Assembly (NCBI RefSeq): GCF_963921235.1
Contig: NC_086108.1
Span: 43,278,001 to 43,342,000, forward strand
DNA from: Mobula hypostoma
Lineage: Eukaryota
Length of the DNA: 64,000 nt
Reading direction: 5' to 3'
Every line of letters starts with the position of its first letter. Position 1 is the stretch's first letter. The notes under the pieces are model-generated. The model saw only the letters and a list, made by a program, of their open reading frames with translations, was not told where the DNA came from and did no database searches. The translations under genes were made by a program, and so were the position numbers. Positions 51,088-64,000 of the stretch are shown one piece after another.

Positions 51088-53434
51088 AGGTGTTGGGTGT
51101 TAGTCTTTAGCTTCCTTAGCTAGTGTAAACTGTGATGGAGCTTCCCAACATTCAATTTTTATATGAGAGTGCATCACAACGATTTTTTTTGTCTTCCTCT
51201 AAATTGATTGCATGAAGCTTCCAACAAATCTGTGTGAACTTTATTTAATATTGTAAAGTCTATTATGGTATATTGTATTTTATGGATGACTAACACTACA
51301 GAAACTGAAACTATCTTTAAGTTTTTTTTAAAGTTTACATCACAAGTCACCTTTTTTTCTTGGCTTTTTTCTTTGGGGTATTCGCTGCTGATGTTAGAAT
51401 AGTGCTTCTGATATAGAAGAACCTCCCAACTAAAAATGGGCACTGAGCTCAAATGGGAGGTACTGAGAGGGGTAACCCAAAGGAGTGAGGTGAAGAAGTA
51501 ATTGGGAAAGTAACTGGAGAACGTTCCAATGCGGCAGAACGCATGGATCATCATATTTGAAGAAAGGGAAGGTGGTGATGGAGGAATTGTGTAAGAGGAT
51601 AGAAACTGTGAAGAGGGTTTAAACCTAAATTTGAGATATTTGGAATAGGAACTTTCCTATGCTTATTGGAGGTAATTGCCTCTATTAGACAAATGATGTA
51701 CAGTTTTCCACTGAAGATGCTTGTAAAAGTACCACCTTTCAACTACCAAGTTCAACTGCATTGGCTAGTCTGTTCAATTCAGGCATAAATTATGTTTTAA
51801 CTCTTCTGACATAGAAATGAATGACTCTGTCCTTCAATACCATTGTTTGCAAATGTATTTAATTGCTGCTGTACTGGGAACTTTTGACAAAAGCACTTTG
51901 TCAGTTATTGGTAGCTATGACATTTTGTTGCCTTTGTGAGAGTAATTCTGGCCGGTCTGCTCAAGAATGGTAAGTTTTGGTCCCCGTAAGTAAGTTTTGA
52001 TGTACCTGTTCTGTTTGGTTTGTGTTTTTTGTTTGTGCGGGAGGAGGGATTTGGGGGTTGACGTGCATGTTCCATTTTTGTTGTTTTTTATGTGCGTGGA
52101 GCAGGGATTTTGGGGGTTGATGATCGTGCTGCCTTTCTTTTCTTTCTTGGTTTCATGGCTACCCGGAGAAGAAGAATTTCAAGTAATATACTTGGATAAT
52201 AAATGAACCTTTGAATTATAGTTAATATGCAATATATAAACCAGTTTTTTAATGCTCAAACAGTTCTGCGCTGAAGTGAGAGAGTATACTGCAGTCATCT
52301 TTATCAGATTTAGGCCTCCAAATGCAGTTATGCCACGTTAACAAAATTGGGCTTCAGTCACCATTGAATGCTTTCAAAATCCCAGACTGTCGATCACTTC
52401 TCAACTGTTAAAAGCTGTGTTTAGAATAAATATATCTCCCTTAAAATAATTACTTGCTTTCCCTGGACGTTGTAATGCTGACTATTTCTCTATTACTACA
52501 AAGATTCGAAGCTGCCATCTGCGTGTGAAAACATTTCCTTGTGAGTGGTTGTTTAACCATCTGCAGATTAAATATCTCCTCACTTTTAAGCTCAGCCTTT
52601 TGTTATCAGTGTTCTCAGCTGCCTATCTGGCAATTACAAGATTTAACTTTGTATGCTTATTCTTGTGTTGCACTGTTGCATCCATTTTAATAGGTACAAT
52701 GGGAGATTGGGAATGAATGCAATTTAGTGATTAATGGTGAATGCAATTTTAGACTGGGGTACAGCAACAGAATTTCTTGCTAGCTGAACCTTGTGGTAGT
52801 TAGAAAATATGAGGTGGGCCAGGAAAAAAAATTGCAGTGATTGCTGTTGGAGGTAACAAGACCATAAGGGTTTCCCAGAAGAAGGAGTGAAATGAGCGAA
52901 GAGCAGATCAAGGGAAAGTTCAATTAAAAATAAATAGTCTCAGTAATGAACTGGATAATGGCACAAGAAGCAGAAATTGGGCTTAATTAGACATGAAGTG
53001 AGACTGATCAGCAATCTGTGTTTGAGGGCAGGAAATTGTAACTTAAGCTTAAAAGATCAGGACTTGTATTCAGAATTGAGTAAATTTTAAATACAAAAGT
53101 ATTGTGAATAAATTTTGAATTACCTGGAATATTATTTTCAGAGAGAAATCAATTTGATGGAGGTTCCTTGGTTTTGTAAAGTGAACCTATAAGTAATTTT
53201 AACGTGCAACACCAAGAGTCTATCACTCAGCATTGCATTGTTTTCCTGAGAAGATTGTCAGATGAGCCTTTGCATTACTGATAAGCCAATTTATCTCTCT
53301 GCTGTGCTTGTGAGACACTTCTGTGAATTTTCAAAATTGCTGATTTATTTTTGTCAGAAAGACATTTGTTATGAACAGTATTTCCATTTTGATATGCCAT
53401 TAATTTAGAAGGTCAATTGTGTTTTGTTTACCAG

Positions 53435-53558
53435 GAGCGTCTGTCTACTAATGCAGGTCTCCATTCCGTGTGTACTCTTTGCTGCTTCTCCATCTGAACT
53501 GATTTTACGAGGAGGCACTAATGCTGAGATGGCTCCACAGATTGATTATACCTTAGAA
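53435..53558 (+). CDS. RTCA: RTCA exon 4
   Basis: ttaccag|G AGC...TTA GAA|gtaaga; 124 nt; [41 protein letters not shown]. Confidence 0.97.
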
Positions 53559-55983
53559 GTAAGAGCCAGCATAGTGCTCGATGATTTGCAAGGGAAATAG
53601 TGTGTGCATACTTTCCTAGGGATGGTATTTTATCTTAATTAACTAATAATTTGTGATTTTCAATTTATTTGCATGTGTCCATGTTGAGAAATGTGTTTAA
53701 ATAACTCCTCCCATTTTGATTAGTTTCTTTGGATTCATTATTCAGTGAACATAAAGTTAACAGAAGTTTACTCAAAAGAACATTTCAAAATGGCCCACCA
53801 CCTGTCAGTTGCAGCTGTTTCTGTGATTTCTACCTACGGTAGCTTTGATTTCATTTAGTGTCTGTTAAAAAGTGATTGGGATTTGAGCCTTGTTTTACAA
53901 AGATGTGCCCTCATTTTGTCATTCTTTCACAACTATCCTCTCCACTATATATTTACTTCACTCTTCAGTGGTTTAGACATTTGACTTAACAGCCACTGCA
54001 TGAGACGTATATTATTTTCTTTAAAACCTTTTCAACACCTGATTGAAATTGATGGGGCAGTGCATGAAAACATTTAGTGTTGTTCAGAATTCATAAATGT
54101 TTTCTGCTATATATTAATCCTTAATGCTACTAATTGCTGAATTAATCTTTTTGGGTTTGTGTGTGTGCAAAATTCAAATGAGGACTGGTTGTGCACTCAA
54201 AGTACATAACAAATAACAGTAATATTTACATAACATCTTTTACTGTCAGTTGAAAATTGCAAAATCTTTATAGGGGCATTAAAAAAAGCTTGGAAAGGGA
54301 ACTAAAAGATATTGAGCACTTTAAAGTGTGGAAAGACAAATGGATAAGGTTTACTGAGGGAATGCCATGCTTTCAGTTGCCATTGGCAGACAAATCGTAA
54401 TGTGATATGATTTTGGCTAGAGGACCATAAAGAGATATGGAGGAGTGAGGGATCTGAACCAACATGAATTTTAAAGGGTTTCTGAGGATACAAGTACAGA
54501 TGTATGCACAAAATATATAGTTCTTTTTATCAATCATAGAGGCTGTGAGACTATTTGAGTTGGCAAGGCTGTGAATATGGAATTGGCGAATTTGTTCCGG
54601 GGTGGGGGTGGGGGGCTGTTTTAAGGCAGTGATGAGTATGATGGAGGATCCACTAGCTGAAGGGAAGAAGTCAGTAGAAGTATTTTCATTAGAATTTTTT
54701 TATGGTACCTGTTTGGGATGATAAAGAACATCTTAATAAAATGTTACTAGTGGCAGAATTGAGATCCTTGAGAGAAAAGTGTCAGGTGTGGGGAAGTGTC
54801 AGGTCAAGAATGATTTCAGTGACAAAATGCGCACTGCCACCATGAACATCTGTGGCATGTGTTCAAAGACAGAGCCAGGCAGGGAGGCTTCATTGAAATC
54901 AGAACATAGAACAATACAGCACAGTGATGTGGCACTGACCTTTTAACCTACTCCAAGATTGCTATCATGTTTAACTATTATTCAGCCATACGTAAATACC
55001 CATTAATACAGCCAAATGAAATAGTGTTCCTCGGGGGCCAAGATGTAAAACACAGTACCAACAGTCATATACAGCAAAGGCACATTTAGCACATGTTAGA
55101 TAGGAAGGGAAAATACAGTCACACAGATAATTGTAAGTAACCCAAGTCTGTAAGTGACATGTATTCCTCTCGAGTGGCGCTCCATTTTTTATTTGTCCAC
55201 ATGCCTATCTAAGAGAGGAAGATGATCTTGTTTGTCACCCAGGTTTCTATCTACAGACAGTGATAATATACTCATCCATAGTAATCCAGTGGATGTGAGT
55301 GTCTAGTTCACAAGTAAATGGACATTTTGGAGGGAGATGCAGAGTTCCACCAGTGGGACAACTTGGTTGAATCTGTGGGCTCTTCAGTGAGTGCAAAGAC
55401 ATTCCAAGGAAAGCTTGCCTAAGTTGCACAGTCTGACAGTGACTAGAGAATGGGAAAGCTGAGGATTGCTGTAGGTATGAAACACAATTTGGGAGTGTAG
55501 TTTGCCAGTAAGGGGACAAATGAAAGGAGATGTGATTACATAAAATAACCAGCAACAAGTGAAGGATAAGCAAATGAACTAAGTTAGTTTAAATTAAATT
55601 AATCTAAGATTAATTCAAGGGGATGATTTTGCTAAATATAGCAATATTGCATGGTAGCCAATAATACTCAATTCCATTGTGATTCAAAATTGGAATTTTC
55701 AGAGGACATCTGGTCCTGAAAGACATCAAAAGTGAGCAGGATTTTAAAACAACTGTTGACTTGACTGAAATGTTTTCAAGTAAGATACTTGTATGATGCT
55801 GAATGAATAATGCCCAGAAACAAAATTCTGACTGCAAACATTCAAACTTTAACTTGCAACACTAAAGACCCAAATTAGCCTAATTTTGTTTAGTTGTGTT
55901 GAGACAAAGTAGCTATATTAATGCAATTTTAATTTTGTCATCTTAAAAATCAGAAGCAATAATTGTATTTTTCCGTTTTGCAG

Positions 55984-56042
55984 CTATTTCAGCCAATCGT
56001 AGAAAAGTTTGGATTTAAGTTCCACTGTGATTTGTTAATGAG
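55984..56042 (+). CDS. RTCA: RTCA exon 5
   Basis: ttttgcag|CTA...ATG AG|gtaggt; 59 nt; [19 protein letters not shown](R), compare human [20 protein letters not shown]. Confidence 0.95.
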
Positions 56043-56254
56043 GTAGGTATTAAGCCCTGTTCAAAAGTTGCATCTAACATAAAAATACAAAATTGGACCA
56101 GGATTGACTTCCAGATTTCTAAACACTGTGTAAGCGCAATTTTGAATACCAGAAGCATTAGACTGATATAATGAATGTTCACAGTATTAGAAACATTCCT
56201 TGGTTCTCTTTGTTTTCTAACTTTTCTCGGTTCTGAGGAAAAGTTATCAACCTG

Positions 56255-59200
56255 GAAGCTAGAAAGTTTTTGACAAGAACAGGCCATTTGGCCTAACAAA
56301 GCTTGCCAAATTCCTGTTCACACAGTGTGTTGAAATGACTATCGAGTTTAGATTTGGAAGTCTGTAAGGTACTACTCTCACCTACGCAACCCAGTAGTTT
56401 GTTCCATGTATCCACAACTCGCTGTGTAAAGACAAGCATCCTGATGTTGGTCTAAAATCTCCCCTTAACCAGTCTCCACATCTGGCCCTGTGTCCTTAAT
56501 GATGAATTAGATTTGAAATATGAACTGGCAACCACTTTACTCACTCCCTTAATGATCTTAAACACTTCTGTCATGTTGCCTCTCATTCTACATTTATTTA
56601 GGCTAAAAAGATGTAATTCTTTCAATCTTCCTCCATAGCTCATACTCTGCAGACCTGCAATGCGTCTAGTCACCCTTCTCTGAACTCTCCAGTGCCTTCC
56701 CATCCCTCACATGAGATGGAGACCAAAACTGTACACCGTGCTCAAGGTGTGGCTTGAGAAGCTTAAGCAGAATGTCTCGACTTGAACTCCACTGAGCTTA
56801 TTATATAGCCCAACATTCTATTAGCCTTCCTAATCGCTCCTGTGCATTATCTAGTGATGAGTCTACTAGGACACCTAATTCCTTCTTATACAGTGCACTT
56901 TCTAACTCAACACCTCCCATTTATATCATATATTTCTACTTCCTATATGTAATGCTTTACACTTATTTACATTAAATTTCATCTGCCATTTATCGGCCCA
57001 ACTCTGGATTTTAGACCATAAACCATAAGATATAGGAGTAGAATTAGGCCATTTGGCCCATCAAGACTGCTTTGCCATTTAATCATGGCTGATCCTTTTT
57101 CCCCTCCTGAGCCCCACTCCCTGACCTTCTCCCTTTAACCTTTGATGCTGTGTCCAATCAGGAACCTTTCAAGCTCTGCCTTAAATACACCCAACAACTT
57201 GGCCTCCATAAGAAATAGGAGCAGGAGTAGGCTGTCTGGCTCATCGAGCCTGCTCCGCCATTCAATAAGATCATGGCTGGTTTGGCCATGGGCTCACCTC
57301 CACCTACCTGCCTTTTCCCCATGACCCTTAATGTCCTTACTATGAAAAGATCTATCCAACCCTGTCTTAAATATATTTACTGAAGTAGCCCTCACTGCTT
57401 CATTGGGAAGAGAATTCCACAGATTCATCACTTTGTGGGAAAAGCAGTTCCTCCTCATCTCCGTCCTAAACTTACTCCCCTGAATCTTGAGGCTATGTCC
57501 CCTAGTTCCAGTCTCACCTACCAGTAGAAACAACTTTCCTGTCTCTGTCTTGTCTATCCCTTTCATAATTTTATATTTCTATAAGATCTCCTCTCATTCT
57601 GAATTCCAGCGAGTACAGTCCCAGGCGATTCAATCTCTCCTCATAGTCTAACCCCCTCATCTCTGGAATCAACCTGGTAAACCTCCTGTGCACCACCTCT
57701 AAAGCTAGTATATCCTTCTTCAAGTAAGGAGATCAGAAGTGCACGCAATACTCCAGTTGTGGCCTCACCAGTACCCTGTACAGTTGTAGCAAACCTCCCT
57801 GCTCTTAAATTCAATCCCTGTAGCAATGAAGGCCAACATTCCATTTGCCGCCTTGATGGCCTACTGCACTTGCAAACCAACCTTCTGTGATTTATGCACA
57901 ATCACTCCCAAGATCTTCTGCAAAGCAGCATGCTACAATTTTTTACCATTTAAATAGTAATCTTCTCTTTCTTTTTTCCTTCCAAAATGGATGACCTCCC
58001 ATTTAGCAACATTGGTACTCCATCTGCCAGACCCTCGCCCACTCACTTAACCTATCTGTATCTCTCTGCAGACTCTCTGTTCCTTCTGCACAATTTGCTT
58101 TTCCACTCAATTTAGTATCATCAGCAAACTTAGATACACTGCACTTGATCCCCTCTTCCAGATCATTAATTTGTATCATGAACAGTTGCGGGCCCAGCAC
58201 CGACCCCTACAGAACACCACTCACCACTGATTGCCAACTAGAGTTACACCCATGTATCCAAACTCTCTGCTTTCTATTAGTTAACCAATCTTCTATCCAT
58301 GATCCCCTCTTCCAGATCATTAATTTGTATCATGAACAGTTGCGGGCCCAGCACCGACCCCTACAGAACACCACTCACCACTGATTGCCAACTAGAGTTA
58401 CACCCATGTATCCAAACTCTCTGCTTTCTATTAGTTAACCAATCTTCTATCCATGATAATACATCACCCCCAACTCTATGCATTCTTACTTTAGTCTTTT
58501 ATGTGGCACCTTATCGAACGCCTTCTGGAAAACCAAGTAAATAACGTCCATCTATTCCCCTCTATCCACTGCGCTGGTTATATCCTCAAAGAACTCTGGT
58601 AAGTTTGTCAAACAGGGCCTGCCTGCGGTGAATCCATGCTGCGTCTGCCTGATGAGTCCATTTCTTTCCAGATGCCTCGCTATTTCTTCCTTAATGATAG
58701 CTTCAAGCATTTTCCCAACTACAGATGTTAAACTAACTGGCCTATTGTTACCTGCCTTCTGACTACATCCTTTTTTGAACAGTGGCGTGACATTTCCAAT
58801 CTGCCGGGACCTGCCCAGAGTCCAGAGAATTTTGGTAAATCATCACCAAAACCTCGTCTATAATTTCTTCCATTTCTTTCAGTACCCTGGGATGCATTCC
58901 ATTAGGACCGGGGGACTTATCTATCTTCAGGCCCACAAGTTTGCTGAGCACTACTTCTTTAGTAATAGCTATTGTATCAAGGTCCTCGCCTCCCATTACA
59001 TCCATGACATCTCTCTTTGGCATGTTAGACGTGTCCTCCACCGTGAAGACCAACACAAAATAGTCATTTAAATGCTCAGCCATTTCCTCATTACCCCAAT
59101 ATTAATTCTCCCTTCTCATCCTCCAAGGGACCTACATTCACTTCAGCCACCCTTTTCCGCTTTATATAATTATAAAAACTTTTACTATCCATTTTTATAT

Positions 59201-62200
59201 TTTGTACTAGTTTATTTTCATAATCTAGCTTCCCTTTTATTGCTCGCTTAGTGGTACTTTGTTGCTTTTTAAAGTTTTCCCAATCTTCCAGTTTCCCACT
59301 ACTCTTGGCGACTTTGTACGCATGAGCTTTTAGTTTGATGCCTTCCTTTATTTCCTTAGTTAGCCGAGGCTGGCTCTCCCCACCCTTACTGTCCTTGCTT
59401 TTAATTGGAATATTCTTTGGTTGAGCACCATGAAAGATCTCTTTGAAAGTCTTCCACTGTTCCTCAACTGTTCCACCATATAGCTTGTGTTCCCAGTCTA
59501 CACTAGCTAAATCCTCCTTCATCCCATTGTAGTCTCCACTGTTTAGGTGTAATATACTGGTTTTAGATTGAACTATTGCACCCTCCATTTTTATGAGAAA
59601 TTCAATCATACTGTGATCACTCTTTCTAAGAGGATCCCTAACTAAAAGATCACTAATTTTACCTGTCTCATTGCACAGGACCAGATCAAAGATAACACGT
59701 TCCCTTGTAGGTTCAGTAACATGCTGTTCAAGAAAGCCATCACGAATGCATTCTATGAAGCCCTCCTCAAGACTGCCTCAACCAACTTGATTCAGCCAAT
59801 CTATGTCCAAGTTAAAGGCCCCCATGATAACTGCTGTTCCATTCTTGCATGCCTCAGATATTTCTGTTTATTGCCTGTGCCACTGTTAGTTATAACCATA
59901 TAACAATTACAGCACGGAACAGGCCATCTTGGCCCTTCTAGTCTGTGCCGAACTCTTACTCTCACCTAGCCCCACCGACCTGCACTCACCCCATAACCCT
60001 TCATTCCTTTCCTGTCCATATAGCTGTGCAGTTTAACTTTAAACGACAACATCGAACCTGCCTCAACCACTTCTGCTGGAAGCTCGTTCCACACAGCCAC
60101 CATTCTCTGAGTAAAGAAGTTCCCCCTCATGTTACCCGTAAACTTTTGCCCTTTAACTCTCAACTCATGTCCTCTTGTTTGAATCTCCCCCACTCTTAAT
60201 GGAAAAAGCCTATCCATGTTAACTCTATCTATCCTCTCATGATCTTAAATACCTCTATCAAGTCCCCCCTCGACCTTCTACATTCCAAAGAATAAAGACA
60301 CAACTTGTTCAACCTTTCTCTGTAACTTGTGATGAAACCCAGGTAACATTCTAGTAAACCTTCTCTGTACTCTATTTTGTTGACATCTTTCCTATAATTT
60401 GGTGACCAAAACTGTACACAATACTCCAAATTTGGCCTCACCAATGCCTTGTACAATTTCAACATTACATCCCAACTCCTATACTCAATGCTCTGATTTA
60501 TAAGGGCCAGCATACCAAAAGCTTTCTTCACCACCCTATCCACATGAGATTCCACCTTCAGGGAACTATGCACCATTATTCCTAGATCCCTCTATTCTAC
60601 TGCATTCTTCAATGCCCTACCATTTACTATGTATGTCCTATTTTGATTAGTCCTACCAAAGTGTAGCACCTCACATTTATCAGCATTAAACTCCGTCTGC
60701 CATCTTTCAGCCCACTCTTCTAACTGGCCTAAATCTCTCTGCAAGCTTTGAAAACCTACTTCATTATCCACAACTCCACCTATCTTAGTATCATCTGCAT
60801 ACTTACTCATCCAATTTACCACCCCATCATCCAGATCATTAATATATATGACAAATAACATTGGACTCAGTACAGATCCCTGAGGCACACCACTAGTCAC
60901 CGGCCTCCAATCTGACATACAGTTTTCCACTACCACTCTCTGGCGTCTCCCATCCAGCCACTGCTGAATCCATTTTACTACTTCAATATTAACACCTAAC
61001 GATTGAACCTTCTTAACCAACCTTCCATGTGGGACCTTGTCAAAGACCTTTCTGAAGTCCGTTATGATTCGGTGGCTGATGGGGAACTCCTACCAGTCAT
61101 TTTTTTTTCCCACTTTACTATTGCTAATCTCTACCCAGATGGATTCAACGTCCTGCTCCTTGGATTTTATATCGTCCCTCACTGTCACCCTGATCTCATC
61201 TTTAATTAGGAGTGCTACTCCACCTCTCTTACCTTCCTGCCTATCCTCCCGTATTACCTGATACCCTTGGATATTTAATTCCCAATCCTCTGCACCCTGC
61301 AACCACGTTTCTGTAATGGCCACTAAATCTGTTGAACCCAACCCGCCCCCCCCCCACCCCACTATTTAGTTTGAGGCCCTATCCACAGCCCGAGTTATGT
61401 GATTTGATAGGATCCCGGTCCTATCACAGTTCAGGTGGAGCCCATCACATTGGTACAGCTCCCTCACTTCCCCAATACTGCTGCCAATTTCCCATGAACT
61501 CAAACCCCCTTCTCCCACACCAATCCTTGAGCCACGTATTTAACTCTCTAATCTTCTATGCCAATTTGCATATGGCTCAGGTAGTAATCCAGAGGTTACT
61601 ACCTTTTTGGTTTTGCTTTTTAATTTAGTCTCTAGCTGCTCAAATTCCCTCAGCAGAACCTCTTTCCTCATTCTACCTATGTTGATGGTAACCACATGGA
61701 CCACAACAACTGGATCTTGTCCCTCCCACTGCAAATTCCTCTGCAGGTCAGATAAGATGTCTCAAACCCAGGCACCAGACAGGCAACACAGCCTTTGGTG
61801 TGCTCTATCCTTGCAACAGAGAACTCTGTCTATTCCCCTGATTATACTATCCCCAATTACCACTACATATCTTTTGTAGGCATTTAACAAACTCACTATC
61901 TTGACATCCATTACCAACCTGATTTTTGCAATCGATCTGCAAGTTGAAATCTCCGATGACTATCATAACTTTGCCCTTTTGATACGTCTTTTCTATTTCC
62001 CATTGTAACCTCTGGTCCCCATTCCAGCTATTGTTGGGAGGCCTGTATATAACTGCCATTAGGATCCTTTTACCCTTGTAGTTTCTTAACTCAAGCCACA
62101 AAGATTCAACATCCTCTGATCCTATGTCATATCTAGCCAACTGATTTGATGCCATTCTTTACCAGCAGAGCTACACCAGCCCCTCTGCCTACCTTCCTAT

Positions 62201-63835
62201 CCCTCTGATACAACGTGTAACTGTGAACATTTGGCTCTGAACTACAACCATCCTTCAGCCATCTGTCATAGTGCAACAAGATCATCCATCTTAGATTTTG
62301 TTTGGATCTAACTATTGATTCTGCTGCCTGAAGGTTATCAGCCTGTCCCCCTAATTTTGTGTCATCAACAAACTTTACTAGTTTGTTATGTGCTTAATCG
62401 TTAATGTAAATTAAAAACAGCAGTAGCCTTAAAATGTGAAAATGATCCTCTTACCTTAACTCGTTGTTTTCTGTTCTTGAGCCAATTCTGCACCCATTCT
62501 TACACCTTACCTTGAAATCCCTACCTCCTGTAATTTGATTATTCACCTCTTGTGGGCTATCTTGTCAAAAGCCTTTTGAAAGTCCGAGTAAATAATATCA
62601 GCCTTACTATTGTTATCATAAATTTTATCTGCCTCTTCATAGAACTCCAACATATTAGTCAAACATGATTTCCTCTTTCTGAACCCTTGCTGGCTTTCTG
62701 CTAACATGCCTGTTCTTATCAGCTGGTTTTCCAGCTCATTCTTTATTATTGTTTCCATTATCTTGCCTGTGATACACATTAAGCTTACTGGTCTATAGTT
62801 ACCAGAGTCAGTGCAGTCACCCTTCTAATATACTGGGACAATGTTAGCCCATTTCTGGTTCTTGGGGATTTCACCAGTCTTCAATGACTTCTGAAAAATG
62901 CATGTTAGGGTTTTGTATATATAATCACAAACCTCTTTAGGTCCCCTTAGATATATGATGTCCATATATCCAAGGGGACTTTTCTGATGAAACAACACCT
63001 CACTTTCTAAGTTCTCTAAATCACTAAAACAGCCTTAATTTTTCTTTCTCCAGTTACTTGATAAGTTTTTTTTCTTAAAAATTTTAGATTTCCAGTGGCA
63101 CTCTATTTTTGCTTTACAAGTAATACAGGTATTTATTTCTGTATGTGGATGAAGCATAATATCAGAATGATCCAGAGGGATCTTTGCACCACCAGTAAAA
63201 GGTGGTCTGGGGTTTTCTGTCAGTGGCAGACCCAAGAATTGTCATCAGAACATAGAACAAAGAACAGTACAGCACAGGAACAGGCTATCTGGCCTGCAGT
63301 GTTGTGCCAAACCAGCTAAGAAAAGAAGCAAATGAAAAAACACCCAAACACTAATCCCTCCTACCTACACCATGTCCATATTCCTCCATCTTCCTTACAT
63401 CCATGTGCTTATTCAAATGTCTCTTAAAAGTCTCCAGTGTATTTGTCTCCACCAGAATACTAGGCATTCACAACTCTCTAAGTTTAAAAAAAACTTACCT
63501 CTCACATCCCCATTTGAACCTTCTCCCTCTCACTTTCAATGCATGCCCTCTGATATTAGACAATTCAACTCTGGAAAACACACTTTTTGTCCACTCTATC
63601 TATGCCCCTCATAATCTTGTAACCCTCTGTCAGATCTCCCCTCAGCCTCTGCCGGTCTAGAGAAAACAACCCAAGTTTAACCAGCCTCTCGTGTTAGCCT
63701 TCTAAACCAGGCAGCATCCTGGTAAACCTCTTCTGTACCCTCTCCAAAGCCTCAATATTCTTCCTGTAGTGGGGCGACCAGAACTGTATGCAGTACTCCA
63801 GATGTGGCCTAACCAGAGTTTTATAAAGTTGCAGT
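56255..63835 (-). mobile_element. Stack of nested CR1 LINEs in RTCA intron 5
   Basis: Several separate CR1 3' ends (~56260, ~57015, ~57210, ~59890, ~63250) and RT, endonuclease and ORF1 pieces on the - strand (GVPQGSVLSP..KYADD at 60592-61020, ITETWL at 61090-61362, DFQKAFDK at 62543-62779). Confidence 0.85.
58147..58454. repeat. Perfect 154-bp tandem duplication inside CR1
   Basis: 58147-58300 equals 58301-58454; TGAT microhomology at the junctions; the ORF track shows identical peptides starting at 58145 and 58299. Confidence 0.92.
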
Positions 63836-64000
63836 GTTTAAGTGAATTGTGATGTACCCCTTTTCTTAAAAATTCCTTCAAATGTAGCTATGATATCCTC
63901 TGCTGCAAAAGATTATGTGGAGGAAATACTGTAGGTACCTGAACCTGGTAGGAAACTGATCCATTTATTGGATTAAATGGCTTTTTTGTACTTGGCAGGT

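Noticed and set aside
38111..56042. Functional link between RTCA (makes 2',3'-cyclic phosphates) and the nearby hammerheads (leave 2',3'-cyclic phosphates)
   Set aside because: The ribozyme motifs belong to a dispersed high-copy repeat and are equally present in DBT and intergenic DNA, so co-location is expected by chance.
63980..64000. Possible acceptor for RTCA exon 6 (ttttttgtacttggcag)
   Set aside because: The following bases GT do not fit the expected R-G-Y-Y start, and the window ends; cannot be called.

Overview
Eukaryotic, intron-containing vertebrate DNA. The repeat landscape (CR1 LINEs with short tandem tails, Rex/Babar-type LINEs, abundant Penelope elements) suggests a cartilaginous fish, probably a ray; that assignment is inference only. 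The window holds the 5' ends of two divergent housekeeping genes. DBT (branched-chain alpha-keto acid dehydrogenase E2) lies on the - strand with exons 1-3 at 19580-19500, 3618-3498 and 3404-3329. RTCA (RNA 3'-terminal phosphate cyclase) lies on the + strand with exons 1-5 between 38111 and 56042. All called introns are GT-AG and phase-compatible, and both genes run off the window. Most remaining sequence is decayed transposons, often nested: CR1, L1/Tx1-like, Rex/Babar-like, Penelope, Tigger/pogo-like, Tc1-like and a tRNA-derived SINE. The most interesting signal is a family of Penelope-derived mini-elements that carry minimal type I hammerhead-ribozyme motifs, insert as fold-back hairpins with 11-16 bp target-site duplications, and usually turn around at the ribozyme core. 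Other notable items are a LINE ending about 17 nt before the RTCA exon 2 acceptor, two inverted 1.5-kb Tigger-like copies in DBT intron 1, a 406-nt pure-purine tract, a nested retroelement stack and a perfect 154-bp tandem duplication. Repeat boundaries are approximate unless TIRs or TSDs are given.
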